Part shown: piece by piece, positions 26,706 to 39,720 of the stretch | Numbering within the stretch: position 1 is the stretch's first letter | Layout: each line of letters opens with the position of its first letter | Source: Rhina ancylostomus | Lineage: Eukaryota | NCBI GenBank assembly: GCA_030265395.1 | Contig: JARFYF010000063.1 | Span: 60,414,355-60,478,354 of the forward strand | Direction of reading: 5' to 3' | DNA: 64,000 bases | The notes under the pieces: model-generated | The model's input: the letters and a program-made list of their open reading frames with translations, nothing else | What the model was told of the DNA's origin: nothing | Database searches by the model: none | Program-made: the position numbers and the translations under genes

Positions 26706-29699
26706 TGCCTCATTAGCCACCTCAGAACTCATAAAGTTGGAATGAAACTAAGTTAAAATCAATCCCAACAGACTACCCAAGAAGAAGATGAGCATATTCA
26801 AGTGAAAAATCAACTTCTCAGTGAACCATGTCAGAAAAACCCCATTGTTAAAAACCTACAGTATTTCTGTTTTGGATACTGATGAGAGAATATCAGGATT
26901 CATAAGTACTTCATTGGCTATGAATTTCTTTGAGTTGCTCTGAAATTGATGTAAAAGGCACTGGATTAATACTAAATACCACACAAATTGGCATAGAAAC
27001 AGACAAGTCAGGAGAATAAATACACAGCTGAAGGACTGTTAATGGAATGAGAGGTTCCTTTTCATGGGACACTTAATGTTGAGACAGAAAACAGCAGCAC
27101 CAATGGCAAAATCAGAATGACACTGGTGTCCTGGCAGAATTGACCGCACGGAAAGACAGCAAAGACTCCAGGACAGAGGCAAATGCTTTAGCTATCAAGA
27201 ACCCAAAGGCTTTATACTAGGAAGGTGGTGATGGCTTCAAACTTGGAAGACTGAGGAAAATGTTTGCAAGAAATAAAAACTAAATATAAACAAAATAAGG
27301 AAAGTGCACTTGGAACAGAATTAATTAAAACACTAATAACTATGGAATAAATATATTCTGAAAATCATCCAACATCTTGACAAATGATTAGAGGCATGAC
27401 AGTCAGCCAAAGGAGATTGGCAATGTTTTAGAAGAATCTCATGCATGAGTGGCAAACCTTTCATTTGTACATACAGAACACTTACCACACAGAGGTAGGA
27501 ACATCCACCATTTTTGGGCTTGTCCAAGGGCATCAACTTGTACACTGGTGGCTCTCTACAGTGACAACACCCTTGACCTGACTTTTCCGAGATGAGCAGT
27601 TGTGGAAGAGCTCTTGGAGTTGTCTGCAAAATGTTGGATCTTTTAAGACCTTGCTTGACCTTGTCACTGTAACAGAGCTTTGGCCTTCATAGCTACAAAG
27701 CTATATTTGGGTTGGCTAAAGAATGCAGCCTTCATTATATGAGCTTGAGGCGTGCATTTCTTGTATACCAGCCAGAGAAGACTGCCTATATCCAATTCTG
27801 TTTGCAATGTCTGTGAGATATGCTTGCAAAAGGCAACAGAAGCTTTGCTAACTTCTGCACCAAGTGCATTATATAGGCAAAATGAACTGTTAAGAGCTCC
27901 TTTGACAGAGAGCCAATTTTCAACAGGATCTTGCGGAAACCATTCCTGCTAACCATGTCAAAGTTCTTATGAAGATTAACAAATGCAGCATCAAGAGGTG
28001 CCTGTTAATCATGGCTTTTTTTTTCCTGCAACAGTGGGAGAAATTTAAACTAAATTTAAATTGTATTAACAGCAAAGAGTAGAGTGCCTATAGAGAAATG
28101 AACTAGAGGCAAAAACATGGAACAAGGAACCAGGTATCGGAGGAATTTCTGTGACTTGGTCATAGAATAACCCAAACCCAATCCTTTCACTCAAAAAAAA
28201 GAATTTGTATTAAGCACGATATTATAGATTAAAATCAAAAGTATATAGAACTTGCAAGCATTCAATAATTATCCCTCCTTTCAAATTCCTGTCCAGTAAG
28301 GTCAGTTTATTCAGTAAACAGTCTATTTAAAGAGCATGGAAAACAAGCTGCAGTAACTTCTCTCTGTAAAAATTGGGCAATTACAAGAGAAATGAAGGAG
28401 AGCTGCAAATAAATTTTGCACAGAGACACAAAGCAAAGTCATTTGCAGCACAGTGGTAACAAAGCTTGACTGATTGGGGACACCAACCCAATGTTGCCCC
28501 ATTTGTTACCAGATCCAGCCTTTTATTAAGCAGAAATGGGAGATGCAACATTTTGCCCCTTATTGGATCCGTCAATGCCACTTTTCTGCAATAAAATAAG
28601 TTAGTCCTAATCCACAAAATAATTTCATTATTATTTTTTTAAAAATTAACAAATGAAATCTTGATAGAGCAAATACAGATTTTAGCATTAGCTAAAAGTA
28701 ACAGCTCAAACCTGCAAATGATTCAGGCAATAGAAAGTGACATTTACAAATTAATCCTCAGAGCAAGAAACAAAGTCATGGTCCTTTATACAACCTCCAT
28801 ATACACATATACTACCTCAACTGTGGATTTATTTTCCCACCAATCAAAATCTCTACAAGCTCAAACATAAAATTGAAGCAAATAAAAGTATTAATTACTT
28901 TATCTTTAGAACAGGAATATTGCTCTGCATACATCAGTAATCTTCAAATCTTTAGCATTCCCATGCAACAAACTGGAATGAAAACTACTGCACATGGTGC
29001 AATTCAGATTTAATTTTCAGGAAACAGCAGGCAGACCTTGTTGAACACTTGTGTAGTATCTTCTGACTTGCATGCTACTATATTTAGGTTGTTTCAGGTT
29101 AGAGAAAAATTTGTGCTTGGTTGCTGGCTTACGAGCTGATAATTAAATCTTGGATGAAGGAATAAATCCTTCCTAGAGAAGCACAAAGCAAATTCAATGT
29201 AATTTTCACAGATGAGCATGCAAATCTTCTTGGATTATAGTGTATTATCTTCTGATTTACACTACACTAGATACAGAATGTTGCAAAATAGAGACAAACT
29301 CATGCTTTGGTACTGACTTGTGCTCTAAATACTGAATTATAGCATTGAAAACTACATTGTGTTATGAAAAATGCATGCTCTCCCAGATTTAAACCTTTGG
29401 AAAATACAATCCTGTTGTTATGACAGAGACAAGCAAAACCCCACCTCTTTTTTGACAACTCATAAATAGAAACATCCATATTTCCTAATTCCTGGATTCA
29501 AAAACAAGTGGCTGCAGAGATGGTGGATATTTCTGTGAAGACCTTCTAAAATTTGAGATCCTGTGACAATCCCAGTCAATTGAAAGGCAGCAAATGAAAT
29601 GGCACCATTCCAGAAAAAAAGGGCAGAAATAAAACATTTAACTGTGGATAGTTCAGTTGACATCAGTTGCCAGTTCCACATTTCTTTCGGGCATGGGAC

Positions 29700-31560
29700 G
29701 GAGTACCGAGTAACCAAAATCTGATGAGGCAGGCTCAACATGTTTTTAGGAAAGGGAAATCATCTTTGACAAATCTAATGAGTTTTATGTGAACAAATAT
29801 GGGAGATTGATTCAAGCGAAACCAGTGAATGCAGTATATTTAGATCATCATTAGGCATGTGGTAAGATATCACACAAAGGTTTTTTTCACAAAATAAGAG
29901 CGGACAGGGTTAAGGGATTGGTTAAAAACAGAAAGCAGAATAAGTGAACAACTTTCAAATTGGAAGAGCATTCCTCAGACTATGGCACTTCACAACTTAT
30001 ATTGGAACCTAATGACAAAGACTAAAGTACCTAACTTCACTGAAATGCAAAACTAGGTGAGGAAATCATCTGTGAAGGTACATATGGCTAGAAGTTCATT
30101 CAAAAGTAATTCCAGAAACAAAACAGTACTGTGCTTTTGAGGGATCAGGTACAGCAATTCTGTGCCTGATTATGGATGTTTCAGTGTCCTCTGGGAAATA
30201 AGCATCTTATCTTTCAGTGGGATTTTTGTTCTTTCTTGAACAATTTTTCCAAGTACCCAAAGCGTCATTCAAAAAAAAACAACTCTCAGTGAAATCAGGT
30301 TTTCGTTACAATTCTATAAAACTGCACTGCGTAAAAGGCCAACACTCAAACTACATGATCTGTTTCCACTAAGATCTGCAAACTGCTGCAATTGCAAATA
30401 CAAGCTCTCATGTGGGCCCTGACTGATTTTCGCAAGGAGGTCTGGGTCAAGGTCATGGTCATCTCACCTTTCTTGCCTCATTATCATTCTAGGCTGCTAC
30501 ATCTGATCTGCACCACATCTCACAGATTACTGCCCCCTATGGCTTTGGAGACTTCACCCAAACTCCTTATTCAATGAGAGACAACATCATCCACTTTTCC
30601 TTCAGCCAAAAGGAACAGGCAGGACAGTTTCAGTGTGGCATTACACTGAAAATTGTAATTATATTCTGCGATGTTCACGACTTAAGTTCTCACTCTTTAT
30701 GTGCTTTTCACAAATTGCCAAAAGTCGTGCGGAACAATTTCTAAACCAGCATTTGTAAAGGAATAAAAGTCAGGTTAAGCATGGACAAGATGATGGCAGA
30801 ATAAATGTGTTTAAAACATGGAGTTTTCACTTTGATGGAAGTTATATAAACTGATATTATCTTTTAAATTATGGAGGATCTTGATTGTGCACAGAGGAAT
30901 TTTGGTGGGCTGGTTCTTGAAATGCAATAATTTATCATGCAGATGAAAAGAACAATTATAAAGGCAAATGGCTTACTTGCTTTTATTGCAAGGGAGTTAT
31001 AAAAGTGAAGCATCTTCCTGTTATTGTACCCAACTGTACTGAGATGGCATCTCAAATATTACACGCAGTTTGGTCTCCATATTGAGGTAAGGATAAACCT
31101 GCCTTGGAAACAATGTAGGGTAGAACTCAAAATGTGATTGTCTCATGAGAAAAAGTCAAATGAAACACACTGGATTTTTAAGATTCAGAGATGACCTCAA
31201 TGATACATGCAAGATTCTGAGGAATTATCACAGTAAATATTGAGGAGTTGCTTACCCCAGCTGAAGAACTGATGAAGCTGGCACAGCCTCAGAATATGGC
31301 ATTGGCCAATTTGGAGCAAGATGAGAAGTTCCTAACTCAGGATGCTGTAAATCTTTGGATTTCTCTATCCAGAGGGTTGCAGATGTTCAGTTGATGAAAA
31401 TATTCAAGCTGAATGATGATTTTTTGGACAAAAAGGGAATTAAGAGACATGGGATTCAGGTGGGAATGTGAAATGAGAAACAGAATGAATGACAATATAA
31501 ATTAATAGGTGACCTGCTCAAGGTATTATATTTCTGATTTCTCATTCTCATGTATTCCTC
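29700..31560 (+). mobile_element. CR1 LINE ORF2/3' end, interrupted at about 30100-30690
   Basis: QH.FRKGKSSLTNL...PVNAVYLD at 29735-29845; 'catctcaaatattacacgcagtttggtctccatat' (HL.Y..QFWSPY) near 31048; CR1-like 3' end to about 31560. Confidence 0.8.
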
Positions 31561-33474
31561 ATGAAATTAGCTTGGATTCAGAAGCATAGTTTGAGTTTTT
31601 TTTCCCACGAATAGCTTTTTTTTAAATATACAAAAATGCTAAAACACAACTTAAATTAATGGATAGAAAAACTGAAGTAATCTTGCATCTCTGTAGAACC
31701 AATGACTACCAACTACCAGAGCAACTTTCAGCTGTGAGCTGGCAACCACTGGGAATGGGGGGAGAATACTGTGACTTTTTCTACTTCATCCTTTGCCCAT
31801 TAAAAATCATGTCCAAGAGTGCAATTATATTGCAAAGGAAATATTTTAAAACAACAAATCACGATATTGTAGAAGATTATGTTATTAATCTGCTCTTTTC
31901 AACAGAAATTTTATCTCCCAGGACTTCTTAATCCTTTTTCTATCAGAATAATTATCCCCAGAATGGATAAAATGATCACACAAATCTTGGATACTGACAT
32001 ATTCGTTGTGATCCGATCAACGGCTTTGCAAAGTCCTTTCCATTTTAGAAGAAAATTCCTATCCAATAAACCATTCCTACTGTATATAAACCAGAGCCAC
32101 CAAAAAATTGTCAGTAGCAGACAACAGTACAGCAAACTAATCATCAGCAGTGAGTAGGTGACAAATGTGAAGCATATTGTGATATACAGTACATCATGAT
32201 GCAAAATTAATCAAATAACCTCAACTTAACAGGATGTCCCATTCAAATCAATGCACACAAGGCACTTATCAAGCCACTGGACTCTTCAAACCATGAGGTG
32301 TTTAAACGAAGTGGAGATAATTAATGCTTCACAAATCGGCAACTACATTAAAAACAAAATACCATCTGAAACCTCAGCCAAAACCTTTCTTCAAGCAAAG
32401 GACAAATGAATGTTCTGTCATAAACTGAACAGATGGACCAGGATCACTGAACACAGCTGTTCTATTCAAAATGGATTTCCAAAATACTGCAACAGGAACA
32501 CATTTATCCTTTTTTCCTTCATCCTCCTCCAATGTACTTGTGAAATACTCATTGTATCTTTAACAACCATGTGTATTCTAACCATCGCATGTCATAGTCT
32601 GACAGATAATTCTTTTACCATCAGTCATGATTAAAATTCTCTCCAAGATCCAATGCAGCACATGACTGAAGAGCAGACAAGTTATATTCCTCATTCAAAG
32701 CAGAACTATGCATAACTTTAAAAAAGCTAAATTTAATCACAAGACCCAGATGAGAAATGGAACTTCAACATTTTTGCTTGATTCTGGAATATTAGCAATA
32801 TGGATAAAATTAATTAGTTCAAGTTCGTATTACAAGTGGGCTGATTAATTTATTCAATAATTTCAACAGGATAATGACTGAGAGCTTGAGTTGCAAGTCA
32901 CAAATTGCAATTTGATTTGTTATGTTAATTGGAGTTCACAAGTCAACTCGAACTAAGGTTGGTTTGGTTGGTTCAGTGGTTCTTTTGGTTCTTTTTGATG
33001 AGAGTAAAAGGCAACAGGGAAAAGACAATTAAATGGATGCAAAATTAATTTTGTAAAATAAAACGTCACTTTAAAATTCTACATCAACATATATCAATTA
33101 AAATAGGCATCCCACTTCTTTCTCCATTAAATCTAAATATTGAAATAGAGGGGAAAATATGCAAAAGCTACATCTGTCCAACCATTCACTTCAATTTGCA
33201 CTTCCCCAGAGAGCAGGAAATGATCCTGCCCAAAGTCTTGAATGCAGACTCAATTATATATTTTTAAAACAATGACAGTATCTCAAAATTTGCATCTTTG
33301 TTCTTTAACATACCATTGTTCTACATTGGCACATGGTTGTATCAATACCTCAAAATACATTGCCTGAGAGTTCAAAGTGAGCAAGTGTCAAGGATTTCAG
33401 ATCTCTTAATGTTGCGATGAAGCTGTGGATTCACAGAAATCTGATACACTTGCTGCATTGGACTGTACATGTTA

Positions 33475-34005
33475 AATAAACAACTTTCATTCATATAGTA
33501 CCTTTAACGTAGCAAAGAGGCCACATAGAGCGTCCATGTGGTCACCCTGCAAGTCTTTCATAATGCTAATTTTACATTCACCAATTAAACCAGTACCACA
33601 ATGTGGCTAATGACTTTCACAGATTGAGAAGGTCACAGTGATATGTATAAATGTGCTTCACATGTGTGTTATCCAGAAAGAACGGCATTGAACCACAGAA
33701 GGAGCTATAATAAAAATACATAACAAATATAAATAGGAGCAAAACAGGTCACATCGGTTCCCCGCGTCTGTTCTGCTATTCAGTGAGATTGTGGCTCTTA
33801 TAGTCCAAAATTCAATTTCAGGCTTGAATATACTTCATAACCCTGCATCCATAGCACTCAGAACAGAGCTGAATAACAAAGATAACCAAAAGCTTATTCA
33901 GACAAACATCTTAAAAGGAGAGGGAATGTGAGAGGTGGAGAACTTTGGGAAGGGAATTACAGAGTTTAGAACCTTTGTAACTGAAGACAAGTTTGCCAAC
34001 AATTC
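33475..34005 (-). mobile_element. L2-type LINE 3' end with a nested CR1 3' fragment (about 33720-33875)
   Basis: 'caactttcattcatatagtacctttaacgtagcaaa' terminus; 'gagaggtggagaactttgggaagggaattacagagtttag' L2-like body; CR1-like tail 'aataggagcaaaacaggtcacatcggttcccgcgtctgttctgctattcagtgagattgtggct'. Confidence 0.6.
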
Positions 34006-34354
34006 AGCAATCATCATAAACACAGCTTTTTGTTGCTGTAGATTTTACATTAATATTTTAACTTGCTGTTGATTAAGACTTCAATAGGTCAGTTTAATAG
34101 CTATCTACCTAATGCAAACCTGCTGTATAAAATCGGCTTCAAACTGCAATGTCATTCTTAAATTGGCAATAGATCTTGAGTACAAAATGTGAATCACTTC
34201 AGAAATTAACTATTGAAAAATAATCTTATTTTTCCCCTTCTCCAATTTTGAAATTATGCATTGTATTTGAATCCTCTTACATTTTGTTCATTCATTAACA
34301 GAGGCTAGACAAGTTGCCTCATTGCCCAAATCCTTCAATTCTTTGAAATTTGTC

Positions 34355-34750
34355 TTTATTCATTCACAGGATGTGGAAGATGGTCACAAGTCCAGGATTT
34401 AATGGCCATCATTATTGCCTTTAACAAAATTATGGTAAACTTTCTCAAATCTTAATAATGGTTGCTTGCTTGAAGGTTTTGGAGGCTAATTAAGGCTCAA
34501 CTACATTATTGTGGTTCTGAAGATTAACCAGACTCCACAAACATAGAGATTTCCTTCGCTATAGAACGTAAGAAACCAGATGCGTTTTTTTGACAACCCA
34601 ATAGTTTATTCCCCATTTATTTCAGTAACTTAGTTTAAATTTCCCCAGCTATCATAATGGGATATACACATACATACAACCAGATTGATAATTTAGATTA
34701 TTTGTTCAGTAACAATACCTATTCAGTAACATGACTACTATACTGTCACA
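34355..34750 (-). mobile_element. Meta-domain-like tRNA SINE, near full length, decayed
   Basis: Tail 'ttcattcacaggatgtgg'; core 'caactacattattgtggttctgaag...atttccttcgctatagaac...aaccagatgcgtttttttgacaac'; head 'ttcagtaacatgactactatactgtcac'. Confidence 0.65.
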
Positions 34751-34914
34751 TCCATTTTATATGATTCTTCAGTGTCTGTTTAGACTCTCTCACCTCTCAA
34801 GATTGGTGGGGATTTACATTTAGGAGTCATCTCTTGGGTCAAACACAAGCAGTATAAATCCATGCCAACAAGTGCTGAAGGTGGAGCTGTTTCAATAGAA
34901 CTAACTGAAAATAA

Positions 34915-35270
34915 TGAAACATAAACGGACTATTCAGACCAAATGGTGCAAGTCTGTGTTCAACCTCCATGTAGATGATATTACTATTCCCAGTTTCCCA
35001 TCTTCTTCCCACATCCACCTTACTTTCAATTTCCTATTTGACCACTTGTCAAATCTTGACATGGTTTTTTTACTTTAATTACATGCTGTGGTTCAGTTTC
35101 ACTCCCTTAGCCTTCTGTAAAACTTATTTCTGCTACCTCTGTTTTACTTAATTTCATGACTATGTCCCCATGCTCTGAACCATGCTGCTGCTGGAAACAA
35201 TTTGCACTTACTCCCAACTGTTGCTTCATGTTATTTAAACTCTTCTTTAACACCCTAATCAAAATACCTT
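34915..35270 (-). mobile_element. CR1 LINE 3' end, very decayed
   Basis: 'ggactattcagaccaaatggtgcaagtctgtg' terminus and the pyrimidine-rich reverse CR1 3' pattern 'ctggaaacaatttgcacttactc'. Confidence 0.5.
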
Positions 35271-35374
35271 TGTTTTTAAGGTATTTTACATCAATTTAAA
35301 TCCAAGAGAACGTGCATGTGCCTTCTTCATTGCCTTACAATTCATCCACTAGTGTATGTTAAAAATAGCAAAGG

Positions 35375-36030
35375 TTAACAGGAAAATTAACCAGAAAAAA
35401 GGGCAATGGGACATGACTAAAGAAGTAAATTTTAAGAGATCTATTAAGGCAAAGAGGTAGAGGGGTTTGCAGGGTATCTATGTTGGGAATTCAGGAGCCC
35501 TGGATTAAGACAACTAAGAGAGTTGCTTCAGGTGAATCAATTAAAATGGGAACATACAAAAAAGAGAAAATGAAAGACAGCTGAGATCTTGAAGTGTTAC
35601 AGGGCTGCAAAGTGGTTCTAGAGAAAAGGATCAACAAGATCTTGGAGGAATATGAAAACAATGAATAGAAGCACGGTCTGTTAGGAAATTAGTAGTAAAG
35701 TTTTGGGTGCTCAAACGTGTGCAGAATGGGAGACGGGAACCTGGCCAGCAGAGTACTCTATTCAGCAGTTGAATAAGAAAGACATGGGTGAGGGTTCACG
35801 AGTGCTGGATTTGAATAAGGCTTGGGCTGACAGGTGGTGTTACAGAACCAAATACACTTGTTAATGGAGCATGTACATGGTTGAAAGTTCACCTCAAGTT
35901 CATGTTGGATGCCAATGGATGCCATGAATTTGTCAGGTTTTGAGAACAATGGCTTCCACCTTCCCACTATTAAGCATGAGAATTTTTTTTTCATCTAGGA
36001 TTGCATGTCAAGTAAACAGCACAATAAATC
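35375..36030 (-). mobile_element. L2-type LINE fragment
   Basis: Purine-rich reverse L2 3' pattern 'gaggtagaggggtttgcaggg...gggaattcaggagccctgg...gttacagggctgcaaagtggttctagag', homologous to 33880-34005 and 57440-57560. Confidence 0.6.
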
Positions 36031-37745
36031 ATGGTCAAAAGAGATGGTGGTAAGAAGGGGTCGCCAGCGCGGGGTGGTAAAATGGGTGGTAAAGTGGGGA
36101 TGAGGGTCGATAGTGGATATGTGGAACCTTTTGAATTCAATATTGAATTCAATATTACATTTATTTGCACTTGTGCACAATTCTGATCCAATACATGCAA
36201 TCAAACAAAAACAGATTCTAGTCAATTCCATTAACAAAGATTGCTAATCCAATATTAATCCTAATTATTCAGATAAATCAGAAAAAGGTAGTCATTACTG
36301 TCAATCTTATTCTAAAAGACCAACAAATTTAACCAATCGATGCTCAATAAATCAACATCTCAGCAGATACGATGCTGCAGATACCCTCAATTCAGCCAAC
36401 TCCCACAGAATAACCGTAATAAATATATTGAATACTCAGCTGGGCAGATGACCAATTATTTACTCTTCTGTCATTTATATTTTAAATTAATGAATGAATC
36501 CATGTTGTATTATGAAAGCAGTACAGGACTGGAGAAAACTGGGCTCAACATTGGTCTCAGCAGTATAAACACATATCTCTACCTCTACATACACTTCAAG
36601 TTGTACAGATAGGCAATGCAACAGCTGTCCATTAATGACTGCCACTTCAAGGCTAACTTGTGATTCAATTGCATGACAACATACTGTTATAGCACTGGTG
36701 CAAAGAATGTTGATATCCTTGTTCAAGCTGCTAACCATCTCCAACTGCTGAATAGAGTACTTTGGGATGAAGGAATAAACCTGCCAAATTTCAGCACCAA
36801 AGAAAACCTGACAAAAAGAGTGACAACTTTCCCTCAATTCAACATTCTAAAAATCTCTCACCAAAGGAGGATTGCTGAAGATAATTGTATTATTCTGGGC
36901 AAAATAAAAAAACTTTTTAAATAAATAAACGTGTCAATTATCAGTAAAAAATTAGAAAAATAATTTGAAAAAATTAGGAGCTACATCTTGTGATAATCTA
37001 GTTTGCAGTTGAGGGCAATGAAACTCAAATACTTAATCAAAAATCACTTGCAACTCATCTTCCCTAATTTTCTGTTTCATGTCCTATTTTGTACCAACTG
37101 AGCCCAGAGTCAGTCTAACCTTTTCTAACCTTGTAATGCTTTTGATCATAGGTTATGTCAACAACAAAATCTAAAGAAATAACTCTTATAATACTGGAAT
37201 TATTTAATGGAACAAATGTTTCACATTTTTTTCTATGTTACCATGAAAGGAACATGTCTGACCTCCATTCTGCAACTACCTATCGTTGTGCTGCCTACAG
37301 TGGTGGAGTTAAAATTAAGAGTTCACCTTATGTGACAATGAATTTGCAAAGTCCAAAAATTTGAGGTTCCTGTAGCACTCAAGTTATCAATCAACAAAAC
37401 TGATTGGTAACTTACATTCACAGATGGGGATAAAATCTATGATACCATGAAAAAGCAACAACTTACTGTTCATTCAGCTTGAAGAGGTGAACACTCCAGT
37501 TCTTGTGTCTACAAGCCAGGCAATTGAAAAGACAAATGTGAACCCCACCTTTCAATAGCTTTGATAGGTATCACCTCTCTGATGCTTTCAGATAAAAATC
37601 TTATTGAAAAATCCCCCAAAACATATGTTACCATAATATATTGGCATATATTATGGGTCTGAATCACACAGGTGCATATTTTACTGCACCGAATGCAAAA
37701 TGACTTCAAGAATAATGCTGGGACATAATTTATGTCCTCCACAAC

Positions 37746-37763
37746 ATACAGACAGACAGACAG

Positions 37764-37799
<36 letters not shown>
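37746..37799. repeat. Compound (CAGA)n/(CA)n microsatellite
   Basis: catacagacagacagacagacacatatacacacaca... seen directly. Confidence 0.95.
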
Positions 37800-37964
37800 C
37801 CCTTCCAAATGCTATGATGCCCATTCAATTTTCAACCAGTGAATTCCTGTCTAGTCAAAACCAAAAGTGAAGAGCATTACTGAACCCTTCTCTTTAACTA
37901 TGCTCTCATATAGAGTAATCGGAATAAATTGACACCAACACTGACACAATTCATCACTTTAAAA

Positions 37965-38060
37965 CATTGTTTGTTTCTCCACCTATGCTGCCCAATTTGC
38001 AGAGTATTTCATCATTTTCTGGTTTATTTCAGATTGCTCTGATCTGTTGTATTTTATGTG
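37965..38060 (+). mobile_element. Penelope-like tail fragment
   Basis: 'tttctccacctatgctgcccaatttgcagagtatttcatcattttctggtttatttcagatt'. Confidence 0.6.
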
Positions 38061-39299
38061 AAGATGGAAGAGCTCATGGTATTTCTCAGCCCTGTAGTAG
38101 AAAAGGAGTTAAAGGTGTTCATGTCAGGATAATGGTATCTAAATTCTTGAGAGGCATAAGGGTGGGAGGGAAAATTGTGCCAGCAGTATCTCAAATAAAA
38201 TAAAATTTTGAACAATTACACGACTTCCATTCTGGCAAAACTTCAAAACATAGCAAAGAAATGATTCATGAGTGGAGTAAACCTTCCAACTATGCAAGGA
38301 AAAAACAACTGGAAGAAACTTCCCTTCAGTCATCATCATTCTCCCTTATTCCCCATATAAAACTATAAAGGACTAAGCAATATTTCCTGGGGTGACTGAA
38401 AAAAATATTCTCAACTGTTCAAAAATGAACTTCATCAATCATCGGGTTATTTTGGAGTAACCAGTTTAAAGCACAGCAGCAATCTAACCAAAAGCTACAT
38501 CAGATTTTATAAAGAGGGGATGAGGAACTCCAGCTGAGAAAGTCTTCAGTTAATTCAGCATGTGGCTTTGAAGGAGCTTCTTAAGTTTCAACAGCTGCAT
38601 AACTGCTGAATCTCAGACTCTCTTATGTCATTCAAGTAGACAACTTTGCTTCAGATGTAATCAGCAAAATCCAACCACTGATAACATTACCATTCAATAT
38701 TGCAAAGTAAACTTTCATTTGATTCTGTAAAATTTGTCTGGTGACCTCATATTTTTACATGATGTGAAAAACCATTTGAACTTTTTTTTGTATTCCTTTC
38801 TCTGGCCATAGCAAAATCTCAGGATCTAGCTGACAGCAAGTAAGTGCAAATTGGTGTTCGCAAGCACATAATATTGATTCTTCTGATTCCTTGTAATGTT
38901 GATTCCTGTGATGAAATTCCTATGATGATCATTTTTATTCGCAAACATTTTCAGAGAACTTCTACCTCACCCATCCAAACTCCAATTATCATGAGGTTGG
39001 TTGTGCCAAGCATTGACTCCAAATTGCAAAGAAAAACACGCTTAATTTTTTAATAAATACACTGCTTTGGGTTCACATGTGGTGAATTTTGAACATCAAA
39101 AGCAATAGGACTATTTGGGGCCCTGCAAAAAGCACAGTTTGTGTTCTCTCTTCACTTCATGAAACCATAGATTGAGAAAAAAGGGGAAGGAGAAAAATCT
39201 AAAACTAGAAACTGCAAAATAAGCAGACAAGGTTAAAATAATAATACTTCAATATTCTTTCTTAATTAACAATGTCAACATCAGAAGTTTGTCTAGGTC

Positions 39300-39720
39300 A
39301 ACAATCATTCCTTTATTGAGATAGTACTGCATTGTCAGAGATGCCATTTCTTGGATGATATATAAAACTGCATTCACACTCGCCAATTGCAATTGCAGAA
39401 GTGGAAATCAAAGATGCCAAGAGCATCAAGTTCTTCCAGTGTCCAAACAACATTCACCCCTCATCCAACCTTAACAGCAACAGATGAACTGGTTGTATAT
39501 CACATTGCTGTTTATTGGACCCTGCTAAGTGCAAAGTGGCTGCTGATTTGGAATCACAATATTAAGAAATCTTAAATGATTTCTAAAAACAAACATTTCT
39601 AAAATAACTCACCAGCTGATTCATAGTAAAATTATGACTATAGTTTACATTTCAAGTAATTCATTGTACTGGAAACAATTTGGGATGTTATTACAATTTG
39701 TAATAAATGCAGATGTGCTT
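39300..39720 (+). mobile_element. DeuSINE-like (SacSINE1/AmnSINE1-type) element
   Basis: 'gtactgcattgtcagagatgccatttcttggatgatatataaaac'; 'aacagatgaactggttgtatatcacattgctgtttattggaccctgctaagtgcaaagtggctgc'; 'aagtaattcattgtactggaaacaatttgggatg' match the Deu-domain pattern. Confidence 0.7.

Noticed and set aside
27180-27700. Stretch resembling a decayed retroelement (also 26030-26440, 30300-30660, 49640-49900)
   Set aside because: No motif clear enough to assign a family by eye
29720-29755. CTGATGA...GAAA spaced like a hammerhead
   Set aside because: Lies within CR1 RT coding sequence (NLMRQ.QH.FRKG), has no convincing stems and no Penelope tail
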